From an uncultured virus (IMG/VR IMGVR_UViG_3300021962_000072) (lineage: Duplodnaviria; Heunggongvirae; Uroviricota; Caudoviricetes): DNA of 64,000 nt. Positions 47,970-56,722 of this stretch are shown piece after piece (position 1 is the first letter of the stretch; each line of letters opens with the position of its first letter). Made by a program: the position numbers and the translations under genes. The notes below the pieces were generated by a model. That model made no database searches. It was not told the origin of the DNA and saw nothing but the letters and a program-made list of their open reading frames with translations. The DNA is taken from IMG/VR virus record IMGVR_UViG_3300021962_000072, positions 1 through 64,000 of that record. One strand, given 5' to 3'.

Positions 47970-49574
47970 ATGAAAATAAAAAATATAGTTATAGTCGGTG
48001 GCGGCACTTCTGGCTGGTTTACAGCAGGAGCTCTTTCAAAAGTCTATGATCAATTTAATATCACTTTGATAGAGTCTCCGGATATTCCAAAGATTGGAGT
48101 AGGAGAAAGTGTTACACCGCACGTACAAGGATTTTTTGATTTTCTAGAAATTGACACAAAGCACTGGATGAATGAAACTGGTGCTGTTTATAAATTAGCT
48201 AACAAGTTCACTGGATGGATCACTGGGGATCAAAATGAATCCGAATATTTTGGATTTTCGTATCCTTCCGCAGCAGAGTTGCTGTACAGAGAAACTTCAG
48301 AATTAGTCAGCTACAACGATTTAAAATATCCAGAGAGTACTGTTAAAACAACAGATGTATTTTCTCAACTGTTGTTAGATGGTTCCATAGACAAGTTTGA
48401 TAGGTATTGGAGTAGTGCATATCATTACATGGAGAAAAACGTTTCTCCGTTTTTAAATGACAAGTATCTACTTAATCAGTTTTACAGCTGGAGTCAACAC
48501 ATCAACGCAGATAAATGCGGAGACTATGTAAGAGATTTTATTGCATTACCGAACGGTGTGAAACATATTTCTAAAAAAGTCATAGAAGTAAAATGTGAAC
48601 AGGATAAAATATCATCCGTTGTTTTAGAAGATGGAGAAGTTGTTACAGCTGATTTGTTTGTTGATGCTTCTGGTTTCGCGAGACTGTTAGTCAAAGCACT
48701 AAACTGGAATGTGATTCCCTACAAAGATTATGCCATCGATACTGCTGTAGTTGCACAATTAGAATATAACGACATACAAAAAGAGTTAGTAAATTACACA
48801 CAATCGATAGCACAACCCAACGGATGGATGTTTAAGATCGGTTTATATCATAGGATGGGATGTGGACTTTGTTTTAGTTCTAGTCACTTAGATGTTGAAC
48901 AGGCTATAGACGAGTACAAAAAACTAAATTCTAATAGAAGATTAGAACCCAGAGTGCTATCCTGGAAACCTGCTAGATTAGAACAATTTGCCAATGGTAA
49001 CGTAGCCACTGTAGGACTGTGTTCTGGTTTCTACGAACCATTAGAAGCAAATGCGTTATACATTTTGATCAGTGGAATATACGAATTGATCAACAGTTTA
49101 GACGGATATAAAAAAACTGGAAACTTAGATTGGTCCAATTACAATAAGAAACTGGCATACACCATTGACGATCTAACAGATTTTATAAAGATACATTACA
49201 CTCTTAGTAAGAGAACTGACACTGACTTTTGGAACGACATGCGATCGATCGGCGACAAAGAACGTCACGAAGATTTGATTTTTCAAAAGTATAGCGATGG
49301 AAGAAATTCCATAACCAATGCTAAAGACCATTGGACATTATTTGCAGAATATATGTGGTTGCAGTTAGCGGCTTCTTGGAAATTAGATTTATCTAAATTT
49401 AAGAAAGATTCGATAACTAAAAATCAGTTGAACTTAGGACGTCATTATTTTACTTCGAGAGAAGTAAAGCACGATTTAATCAGCGATGACTTACCTAATA
49501 ATTATGAATGGTTAAAAGAAAATATATTCCAGGATGTAGATTATAAAACCTGGGAAAGAAAGTATCTCAAGTGA
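47970..49574 (+). CDS. Flavin-dependent halogenase (tryptophan halogenase family)
   Basis: VGGGTSGW, IGVGESV, DLFVDASGF, GWMFKI and FYEPLEA. Confidence 0.85.
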   Translation: MKIKNIVIVGGGTSGWFTAGALSKVYDQFNITLIESPDIPKIGVGESVTPHVQGFFDFLEIDTKHWMNETGAVYKLANKFTGWITGDQNESEYFGFSYPSAAELLYRETSELVSYNDLKYPESTVKTTDVFSQLLLDGSIDKFDRYWSSAYHYMEKNVSPFLNDKYLLNQFYSWSQHINADKCGDYVRDFIALPNGVKHISKKVIEVKCEQDKISSVVLEDGEVVTADLFVDASGFARLLVKALNWNVIPYKDYAIDTAVVAQLEYNDIQKELVNYTQSIAQPNGWMFKIGLYHRMGCGLCFSSSHLDVEQAIDEYKKLNSNRRLEPRVLSWKPARLEQFANGNVATVGLCSGFYEPLEANALYILISGIYELINSLDGYKKTGNLDWSNYNKKLAYTIDDLTDFIKIHYTLSKRTDTDFWNDMRSIGDKERHEDLIFQKYSDGRNSITNAKDHWTLFAEYMWLQLAASWKLDLSKFKKDSITKNQLNLGRHYFTSREVKHDLISDDLPNNYEWLKENIFQDVDYKTWERKYLK

Positions 49575-49580
49575 AACATT

Positions 49581-49675
49581 GGAGTGTTGGCCGAGTTGGT
49601 CGAAGGCACCTTCCTGCTAAGAAGGCATGTGGGCAAAAACCTGCATCATTGGTTCGAATCCAATACACTCCGCCA
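49581..49675 (+). tRNA. tRNA-Ser(GCT)
   Basis: Loop CTGCTAA; long variable arm. Confidence 0.9.
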
Positions 49676-49695
49676 AATTTTTAAAAAGGAAAAAT

Positions 49696-49878
49696 ATGTT
49701 AAAACCAGGCGCTAATTATAGAATGTCAAAACCTCTAAAGACAAGTTTAGCATTGTCTAAGTTTCAAGATCCTCACAAAAAGGCTCAGTGGAAACGTGCA
49801 ATGATACAAGCCGAGATGGCTGCGTTGATTAAACCAGTATCGTCGAGATCTCGAAATAAAGACAAAGCAGAAGAATAA
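49696..49878 (+). CDS. Small basic hypothetical protein
   Basis: AAGGA RBS, 60 aa. Confidence 0.6.
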   Translation: MLKPGANYRMSKPLKTSLALSKFQDPHKKAQWKRAMIQAEMAALIKPVSSRSRNKDKAEE

Positions 49879-49886
49879 CTCGTCTA

Positions 49887-50366
49887 ATGAAAAAGAGGAT
49901 TTTAATAATTATAGATCCCTGGGAATTAGATTGGATTAATATTTTACTTTTTCCGTTGTCAGCGCATTATGCTGTGTTGAGAAATATCAAAAGATTCGTT
50001 GAATCGAGAAATGACATCGACACTATAGTCATAGCTGCATACGATAACAAGAAAGCATCTTCTATAGTATGTAATCTTAAAGGTAAAAAAATTTACGCCA
50101 CTACTATCGATGAGATTAAATTCTTACTAGATGACGATACCGTCGATGGAATATTCTTAGCAGGAATGGCTTGGAATATGTGTGTAAGAAACAGAGAACT
50201 AGGATACTTAAATCTATCCAAGTTTTCTGGTAATAAAGATTTGTTAGTAAAAAATGATTGTGTTATATATTCTGGAGAATACGATTCTAAATATTTTGAT
50301 CCTTTAGAAAATCCGGAATGGTTACCAGTAGAAAAAAACGTTTATAAGTACACAATGGGGGTATAG
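49887..50366 (+). CDS. Isochorismatase/cysteine hydrolase-like protein
   Basis: LIIIDPW and LAGMAWNMCV motifs. Confidence 0.55.
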   Translation: MKKRILIIIDPWELDWINILLFPLSAHYAVLRNIKRFVESRNDIDTIVIAAYDNKKASSIVCNLKGKKIYATTIDEIKFLLDDDTVDGIFLAGMAWNMCVRNRELGYLNLSKFSGNKDLLVKNDCVIYSGEYDSKYFDPLENPEWLPVEKNVYKYTMGV

Positions 50367-50432
50367 CTCAGCTGGGAGAGCAGTAGCTTTGCAAGCTAAA
50401 GGTCATCGGTTCGATCCCGTTTACCTCCACCA
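50357..50432 (+). tRNA. tRNA-Ala(TGC)
   Basis: G3:U70; loop TTTGCAA. Confidence 0.92.
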
Positions 50433-50446
50433 AATAAGAGGATAAT

Positions 50447-50614
50447 ATGTCAAAAACAAATCATGCAGATCCAATGAAAACAAAAACAGGAAAGACTAGA
50501 CTAGGACCACTTAATCTAGTACAATTACGTGAGATGTTAGAAAAGAGCTCTCGTCCAAAAGACAAGAGCAAGATTCAAAATAGAATCAGGACATTAGAAT
50601 CAAGAAGTAAGTAA
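50447..50614 (+). CDS. 55-aa basic protein (MSKTNHADPMKTKTGKTRLGPL...), not in the ORF track
   Basis: GAGGA RBS; fills the gap between tRNAs. Confidence 0.6.
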   Translation: MSKTNHADPMKTKTGKTRLGPLNLVQLREMLEKSSRPKDKSKIQNRIRTLESRSK

Positions 50615-50620
50615 AGTTTC

Positions 50621-50694
50621 GCCCTTATAGTTAAATGGTATAACGACGGTTTTGTAATCCGTAGTTTGCAGTTCGATTCTGTGTAGGGGCACCA
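50621..50694 (+). tRNA. tRNA-Thr(TGT)
   Basis: Loop TTTGTAA. Confidence 0.9.
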
Positions 50695-50701
50695 AACACA
50701 T

Positions 50702-50777
50702 TCCCCGGTAGCTCAGCGGTAGTAGCAGTTGACTGTTAATCAATTGGTCGGAAGTTCGATCCTTCCCCGGGGAGCCA
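50702..50777 (+). tRNA. tRNA-Asn(GTT)
   Basis: Loop CTGTTAA. Confidence 0.9.
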
Positions 50778-50804
50778 AAATAAAGAAAAATTTAAGACAA
50801 CTGG

Positions 50805-50832
50805 TTGACATTAGTTTTAAATCAACTATAAT
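50805..50832 (+). promoter_or_regulatory. Sigma70-type promoter
   Basis: TTGACA-16-TATAAT. Confidence 0.7.
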
Positions 50833-50838
50833 AGTTTT

Positions 50839-51110
50839 GCTGAGGTAGTAATACCAAAGCCGGTGAAGTAGAGGGTAGAAGAGAATAGACAATCGTTTTC
50901 GCCCATAAGCGAATACGAACTAATCCTGGCAAACAGTCTTGAAAACTGTTCGTGCTTGAGTGAACCGATTCTTATATACCTGTCAATTGCTAATCGGAAA
51001 TATTCAGGTCTCTGTAGCCTGTCTATTGCATATTGTCCAGACCGACGACATCGCACAATAGGTCTTGTCAATTGTCCGGTCTATTACTTGACCCTTTACC
51101 GACCCGTTAA
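50839..51110 (+). ncRNA. ~270-nt structured leader/ncRNA with repeated TGTCWATTG
   Basis: Long-range pairing of 50861-50890 with 51079-51101; motif copies at 50981, 51020 and 51066. Confidence 0.5.
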
Positions 51111-51125
51111 CATAGAGAGGCACAA

Positions 51126-51698
51126 ATGAAAGTAACATTACGTAAAGCAAATGCAATTCAAAACAGCATCAACGATGCCGTTAAAAATATCAAAGTAGAG
51201 TTCAATGTAACTCTCAACGAATTTCAAAATCCAGAAGCTGAGATTGAAAAAGCCAATCAGAAGATGCTGGAAAATGATCTCCGAAGGACTAACCTGTTGG
51301 TTGCCCTTTACAACATTCGCGGACTAGTGTGTGCCGCAAATGCCGAAAGCGGAATCGATCTTAAGCTGACTAAAGCAGCTTTCATCGACAAGCGTGTTGC
51401 ACAACTGACTGAAATCGTTGGTCGTGACACTGTCACTGACATCGAAGTTGTCAAAGGCAAACTTGAGAAGATCAAGAATTTGAAAGACGAAGCACGTAGT
51501 CGTATCTATGGCTACGGTGACACTGTTGAAACCAGTGTGTTGCGAGTAGGAGACATTGATCGTTTCCGTGCTCAATTAAATGATCTCAAGAAACAGAAAC
51601 AATCTTTGAATGATGAAGTTCTTGAGTTAAACATCAAAACTGAGATCCCTCTCAGCGATGAAGTTGTTGCAACTCTTCAACTAGAAGGATTAATCTAA
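51126..51698 (+). CDS. Coiled-coil protein (weak resemblance to the DIP1984/septicolysin-like family)
   Basis: GAGG RBS; helical heptad pattern; C-terminal LELNIKTEI. Confidence 0.6.
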   Translation: MKVTLRKANAIQNSINDAVKNIKVEFNVTLNEFQNPEAEIEKANQKMLENDLRRTNLLVALYNIRGLVCAANAESGIDLKLTKAAFIDKRVAQLTEIVGRDTVTDIEVVKGKLEKIKNLKDEARSRIYGYGDTVETSVLRVGDIDRFRAQLNDLKKQKQSLNDEVLELNIKTEIPLSDEVVATLQLEGLI

Positions 51699-51902
51699 CA
51701 GACCCCGGGGTCCCTTCCTCGTTATTAAAGGGGGTAATTGACTTCACCAAAACGTCAGGGTGCAAACGGTAATCGACCCCAAGGCCTTTTCGGCGACTTG
51801 AGACACCGTGGCGGCAGAAGCAGAACTGGCGACAAAAATTTAAATACTGATCGACAGGGTAGACAACTCAGTCTAGGGCGGAACAGGGAACTGTAGCTAG
51901 AC

Positions 51903-52046
51903 ACTTTTGTTAATGGTACAGCTCGTGGGCTAATGTACACAGCTAACCTTGCCCAAAGCGGAAAGCCTATGATACTAGTAAATGGTCTGTGTAACAGATC
52001 AACAATAGGTAGCAAGAGGGTAGTAAACTGTACCATTAACAAAAGT
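51903..52046 (+). repeat. Perfect 19-bp inverted repeat enclosing a ~106-nt structured core
   Basis: ACTTTTGTTAATGGTACAG (51903-51921) / CTGTACCATTAACAAAAGT (52028-52046). Confidence 0.85.
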
Positions 52047-52050
52047 TTGA

Positions 52051-52126
52051 CGCAGGGTGTTAGAAGCGGTATCTGGCAAGGCTCATAACCTTGAGGTCGG
52101 GGGTTCGATTCCCTCCCCTGCAACCA
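52051..52126 (+). tRNA. tRNA-fMet-like (CAT)
   Basis: C1:A72 mismatch; loop CTCATAA. Confidence 0.85.
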
Positions 52127-52231
52127 TTTTAGGGAATAGCACTCTTGACGCATCGTTATTGTGCTCATTTTAAATAACAAAGATGACATTAGTATTGTAG
52201 ATACTTTTAGTTGTTGTGCCCTAAATCTATT

Positions 52232-52308
<77 letters not shown>

Positions 52309-52357
52309 ATTTCGCCCTGACACATGGCGTATAATAGGATAAGTAGTGTGTCTCAAT

Positions 52358-52433
<76 letters not shown>

Positions 52434-52444
52434 AAGGATAATAT

Positions 52445-52855
52445 ATGTTAGAATGTTTAATCGTAGGCGACAGTATTGCAGTAGGAACAGCTAACGTAAG
52501 GAAAGAATGCGTTAGTTACAGTGTTGGCGGGATCAACAGTTGGGGCTGGAATAAAAAGTTTGCTGAAAAAAATATAGCAGCAAGCACAGTTATCATCAGT
52601 CTCGGAACTAATGACCATTCTGGTGTTCATACTTTTAAAGAATTGTCTGCTATGCGGGCCAGAGTAGAAGCAGATAAAGTGTTCTGGATCTTGCCGCCTT
52701 GTAATGACAAGTTCTGTAAACCCAACGTTAATGATATCGTTAACATAATCGCAAGAAGCCGAGGAGATACTATCATTAAAACAGATCGTTTACAAAAAGA
52801 TTCAATACATCCTAGCTGGGCAGGTTATAAAGAACTTGCAGAAAAATCAAGATGA
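52445..52855 (+). CDS. SGNH/GDSL hydrolase
   Basis: GDSIA, LGTND and DSIHP. Confidence 0.85.
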   Translation: MLECLIVGDSIAVGTANVRKECVSYSVGGINSWGWNKKFAEKNIAASTVIISLGTNDHSGVHTFKELSAMRARVEADKVFWILPPCNDKFCKPNVNDIVNIIARSRGDTIIKTDRLQKDSIHPSWAGYKELAEKSR

Positions 52856-52873
52856 TGCTACAGTAATATCTAT

Positions 52874-52947
52874 GCGGGGTTCGTATAGTGGTAATACCTC
52901 AGCCTTCCAAGCTGATGCGGAGAGTTCGATTCTCTTACCCCGCTCCA
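52874..52947 (+). tRNA. tRNA-Gly(TCC)
   Basis: Loop CTTCCAA. Confidence 0.92.
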
Positions 52948-52952
52948 AATAT

Positions 52953-53029
52953 CTGACTGTAGCTCAACTGGATAGAGCAACAGCCTTCTAAGCTGTAGGT
53001 CGGGGGTTCGAGTCCCTCCAGTCAGGCCA
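52953..53029 (+). tRNA. tRNA-Arg(TCT)
   Basis: Loop CTTCTAA. Confidence 0.92.
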
Positions 53030-53033
53030 AATT

Positions 53034-53108
53034 CTCCCTATAGTTAAATGGATATAACAAAACACTCCTAAGGTTTAGTTGTAGGTTCGATTCCTACTGG
53101 GGAGGCCA
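53034..53108 (+). tRNA. tRNA-Arg(CCT)
   Basis: Loop CTCCTAA. Confidence 0.85.
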
Positions 53109-53119
53109 TAAATATCCAC

Positions 53120-53764
53120 ATGAACATATTAATATTAGGCGACAGTTGGGGGGTCCCAAATTACTACGGACCGCCCGGAGTTGATGCAAAATACCATACA
53201 GAATTTCTACTAAAAGATCTAGGGTACACAGTTTACAACTGTGCTAACAATGGCGGATCTAATCTAGCATCGATTAGTTCAGCAAAGAATCATTTAATAT
53301 CTAAAATAGATTGGATCATTTGGTTTCACACAGAATCTCTAAGAGATAGGAATCTTTTCGATGCTGATAAATCATTCCTTATAAATGATGTTATAGAAAG
53401 TAATTCTAGAATAATCTATCAGGAATTTGATAAACTTAAAAAGTTCACCTCGGCTAAAACATTAGTCATTGGTGGACAGGCAAAATTATTAGATTGTTTC
53501 TATGAGATAACATCTGCAGATTTTGTGATTCCTGATTGGCGCAGTTCTATTTTTGGCAAACAATTTCCAACTGTACATACACTCTGTCATTTGGACCTCA
53601 TAGAAAAATCCGCAGACAGTTTAGAGTTTAAAAACCGTCTTTTAAAAGATCACAAAACTATCTTAGATCAAATGAAATGGTCTGAAGATTTTCCGGATAA
53701 CTGCCATCCTGGAATCCGACCACATAGAGAACTAGTAGAAAAATTTTCGGCTCTCATAGTATAA
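53120..53764 (+). CDS. SGNH hydrolase-like protein
   Basis: GDSWG, GGSN and DNCHP. Confidence 0.7.
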   Translation: MNILILGDSWGVPNYYGPPGVDAKYHTEFLLKDLGYTVYNCANNGGSNLASISSAKNHLISKIDWIIWFHTESLRDRNLFDADKSFLINDVIESNSRIIYQEFDKLKKFTSAKTLVIGGQAKLLDCFYEITSADFVIPDWRSSIFGKQFPTVHTLCHLDLIEKSADSLEFKNRLLKDHKTILDQMKWSEDFPDNCHPGIRPHRELVEKFSALIV

Positions 53765-53823
53765 AGGTATTACACTACATTGGTAATGTAGAAACACTGG
53801 ATCGTTACCAGTTGGGAGCACCA
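53750..53823 (+). tRNA. tRNA-Thr(GGT)
   Basis: Loop TTGGTAA; T-loop ATCGTTA; overlaps the upstream CDS end. Confidence 0.85.
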
Positions 53824-53852
53824 TAGACAAGAATGAAAAAAGAAGATATAAT
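53824..53852 (+). promoter_or_regulatory. Sigma70-type promoter
   Basis: TAGACA-17-TATAAT. Confidence 0.6.
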
Positions 53853-53858
53853 CAAGGA

Positions 53859-54077
53859 ATGTATAAAGTAAATTGGAAAGACGCAAGGGGAAGAGCTTGC
53901 GAGGAAGAAGTAGACACTCTAGAATTAGCATTAACTAGATCAAAAGAAATTGGTTTATTTGTAAAAATAAATGGAGACGATTTTGAACTAGTTGGAGTTT
54001 TTGGATCCGATAGCGTCAAGGACGGACTGTTACCAGATGGATCAAAATACACTTGGATGAAAAGGCGGCGACAATGA
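53859..54077 (+). CDS. Hypothetical protein
   Basis: 72 aa. Confidence 0.65.
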   Translation: MYKVNWKDARGRACEEEVDTLELALTRSKEIGLFVKINGDDFELVGVFGSDSVKDGLLPDGSKYTWMKRRRQ

Positions 54078-54256
54078 ACACAGACAGAATTAAGATAGAC
54101 TACATCGGTAATAAGATCAAATGGCAACAGGATTTGAGATTTCAAAAATCCGTTGCCTATGATTACCTAAATAATGAGATTATCGTAGAGGAGTGCATCA
54201 ATAACTTTGATCAGGCCAACGATATCATTAATAAAATTAAGAAGAATTTAAAATGA
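54074..54256 (+). CDS. Hypothetical protein
   Basis: ATGA overlap. Confidence 0.55.
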   Translation: MNTDRIKIDYIGNKIKWQQDLRFQKSVAYDYLNNEIIVEECINNFDQANDIINKIKKNLK

Positions 54257-54816
54257 ATCCCTGGATCCAAAACGTATCTTTGAGCGATATTAAAAAAGGA
54301 TTTCACATCGATGCCGGTTTTAATTCTATGCTCATACAGATCGTTGATCCAGACATGGAATTTCCAGAACCTAAACATCAGTTTCGCGAAACACATCAAT
54401 TTAAGTTTCTCGACGTTGAAGCTAAAGATCTTGTAATAGACGAGACCATGCGATGCAGTCAAGAACAAGCCGACGAGCTTGTTCGACTACTGCAACACGC
54501 ACTCGAGGAACATATGAACGTAGTAGTTCATTGCCACGCAGGTGTATGTCGTTCTGGTGCCGTAGCAGAAGTAGGTGTTATGTTAGGCTTTCGTGATTCC
54601 GAGGCTTTTCGATCACCTAACCTGTTAGTCAAGCATCGAATGATGAAGTGCCTAGGTTGGACCTATGACGAGAATGAGCCCCATACTATCAACGGTCATA
54701 CAACCGAGTTCGGGATCATTCTTCCTAAAACAGTAGAGTGGACCAACGACAACGAAAAAGTTTTTACACTGGCCGCAGAGCGTAGAGCTCGTAGAGAACG
54801 TGAAGGAGATATTTAA
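54253..54816 (+). CDS. Cys-based (CX5R) dual-specificity/tyrosine phosphatase-like protein
   Basis: VHCHAGVCRS. Confidence 0.85.
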   Translation: MNPWIQNVSLSDIKKGFHIDAGFNSMLIQIVDPDMEFPEPKHQFRETHQFKFLDVEAKDLVIDETMRCSQEQADELVRLLQHALEEHMNVVVHCHAGVCRSGAVAEVGVMLGFRDSEAFRSPNLLVKHRMMKCLGWTYDENEPHTINGHTTEFGIILPKTVEWTNDNEKVFTLAAERRARREREGDI

Positions 54817-55007
54817 TGTACTTACATAGAGATGATATCAAAAGAATGATGGAAATTTTTGAAAAGTTTCCAGATGTAGAGGTAGCAGAAATTACTCAGG
54901 ATAATAGTTCTGGTATTGGCAGTCATACGACTATGACCATAGAGACAAAAGTCAATGATCAAACTGGGAGGTTTGAAGTTGTAGTTTCTAGTGTGGAGAA
55001 TTGGTAA
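54816..55007 (+). CDS. Hypothetical protein
   Basis: 63 aa, GGAG RBS. Confidence 0.65.
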   Translation: MYLHRDDIKRMMEIFEKFPDVEVAEITQDNSSGIGSHTTMTIETKVNDQTGRFEVVVSSVENW

Positions 55008-55016
55008 TAGAATAAA

Positions 55017-55565
55017 ATGAAAACTTATATAACAAGTGACTTACATTTCGGACATACGAACATAATGAAGTTCTGTCCTGTCACGAGAGCAAGATTTAAA
55101 AACGATGTAGATTACATGAACGAACAAATGGTCAAGGAATGGAACGAAATAGTCGAACCAGAAGACCAAGTTTATATCTTAGGCGATGTTGCATTTTTGC
55201 CATCGGCTAAGGCTGTACAATACATGAAACGATGCAATGGTGTTAAAATATTAGTTAAAGGAAATCACGATCGCAAATTGTTGAACGATCCAGTATTCCG
55301 CTCTTGCTTTGAGGAAATACACGATTACTTAGATATCACTTACAATGGTACTAAGTGTGTTATGTTCCATTATCCAATAGCAGAATGGGATCAAATGCAT
55401 CGAGGCGCTGTTCACTTCCACGGTCACTTGCATGGCAACACCAGTGGATTAGAAAAGTTTCGTGCATTAGATGTAGGCATGGATTCAACTGGTTGGATCG
55501 TCCTTGAAATGGAAGATGCTATCTCAAGAGCATTAAAAGGCGAAATCAAAGGTCATCACGTTTAA
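55017..55565 (+). CDS. Calcineurin-like metallophosphoesterase
   Basis: SDLHFGH, LGD, GNHD and HGHLH. Confidence 0.9.
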   Translation: MKTYITSDLHFGHTNIMKFCPVTRARFKNDVDYMNEQMVKEWNEIVEPEDQVYILGDVAFLPSAKAVQYMKRCNGVKILVKGNHDRKLLNDPVFRSCFEEIHDYLDITYNGTKCVMFHYPIAEWDQMHRGAVHFHGHLHGNTSGLEKFRALDVGMDSTGWIVLEMEDAISRALKGEIKGHHV

Positions 55566-55574
55566 GGAGATGTT

Positions 55575-56078
55575 ATGGACATAGTAGAAAAGGCTAGAGT
55601 ATTTGCTACAGCAGCTCACGGTGCGGCGGCTCAATTACGCAAGTATACCAACGAGCCCTACATCGTCCATCCTGCTGAAGTTGTAAAAATCGTCAGCAAA
55701 GTATCTCATTCAAAGGAGATGTTGGCAGCGGCTTGGTTACATGATGTTGTTGAAGACACAGGAGTTACTATTGAAGTTATTCGAGCAGAGTTCGGTGAAG
55801 AAGTCAGTGAGTTGGTGGGATGGCTTACGGACGTATCCCGTCCGGAACAAGGCAATCGTGCCACACGCAAAGCAATCGACAGAGCGCACACTGCAATGGC
55901 ACCAGCCGAAGCACAAACCGTCAAGTTGGCTGACTTAATCTCTAACACTCGTAGTATTATGCAACACGATGAAAAGTTTGCTAAGACCTACTTAGAAGAA
56001 AAGAGATTGTTGTTAGAAGTAATGACCAAAGGTGATCCTGCCTTAATGGCGGAAGCCCGTCAACACATCGGAGGCTAA
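55575..56078 (+). CDS. HD-domain small alarmone ((p)ppGpp) hydrolase-like protein (Mesh1/SpoT HD family)
   Basis: A..AH...RK....PYIVHP, AAWLHDVVEDT and VKLAD..SN. Confidence 0.85.
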   Translation: MDIVEKARVFATAAHGAAAQLRKYTNEPYIVHPAEVVKIVSKVSHSKEMLAAAWLHDVVEDTGVTIEVIRAEFGEEVSELVGWLTDVSRPEQGNRATRKAIDRAHTAMAPAEAQTVKLADLISNTRSIMQHDEKFAKTYLEEKRLLLEVMTKGDPALMAEARQHIGG

Positions 56079-56540
56079 ATGCCAACTTTATATATGTTAA
56101 TCGGTGTTCCAGGTAGCGGAAAGTCTACCTGGATCTCTAATCAAGACTGGGTCAAAGATTGCACAGTTGTAAGTTCTGATCGTTTTGTTGACGAGGAAGC
56201 TGCTCGTGTGGGCAAAACTTATAACGAGATTTTTAACGACTATATTAAAATCGCAACCAAGTTGATGGAAAATCACGTGGCTATTGCACAGGCAAATAAT
56301 CTCAACATCATCTGGGATCAAACAAATACTAGCGCAAAAAGTCGTAAAGCAAAATTGGCAATGTTGCCTAACTACGAAAAAATCGCTATCGTATTTAGAA
56401 CTCCTGATGAGGAAGAATTATCTCGAAGACTGGTTAATCGACCAGGCAAGTCTATTCCAGATAATGTCATGCGTTCTATGATCGCTAACTTGCAAGAGCC
56501 AACTGAAGAAGAAGGCTTTAAGGAAATTTGGAGAGTTTAA
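56079..56540 (+). CDS. P-loop kinase (AAA_33/polynucleotide kinase-like)
   Basis: GVPGSGKST, SSD, WDQTN and R...R. Confidence 0.85.
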   Translation: MPTLYMLIGVPGSGKSTWISNQDWVKDCTVVSSDRFVDEEAARVGKTYNEIFNDYIKIATKLMENHVAIAQANNLNIIWDQTNTSAKSRKAKLAMLPNYEKIAIVFRTPDEEELSRRLVNRPGKSIPDNVMRSMIANLQEPTEEEGFKEIWRV

Positions 56541-56722
56541 TGACCCCTGAGTTTATTGAACGTGTGCGACGTGATTACGATAAAGAGTCTAACAAGCTGG
56601 ACTGGGAAAGTTATCTCGCTGGTTATTTGGCTGGTGTAAAACGTTTCGCCGAGCGACGAGAGACTCGCAGAGAAACACGAAGTAAACTTGGTTATTCAAG
56701 GATTGGACTAGGAAATGTTTAA
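56540..56722 (+). CDS. Hypothetical protein
   Basis: TAATG coupling. Confidence 0.55.
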   Translation: MTPEFIERVRRDYDKESNKLDWESYLAGYLAGVKRFAERRETRRETRSKLGYSRIGLGNV

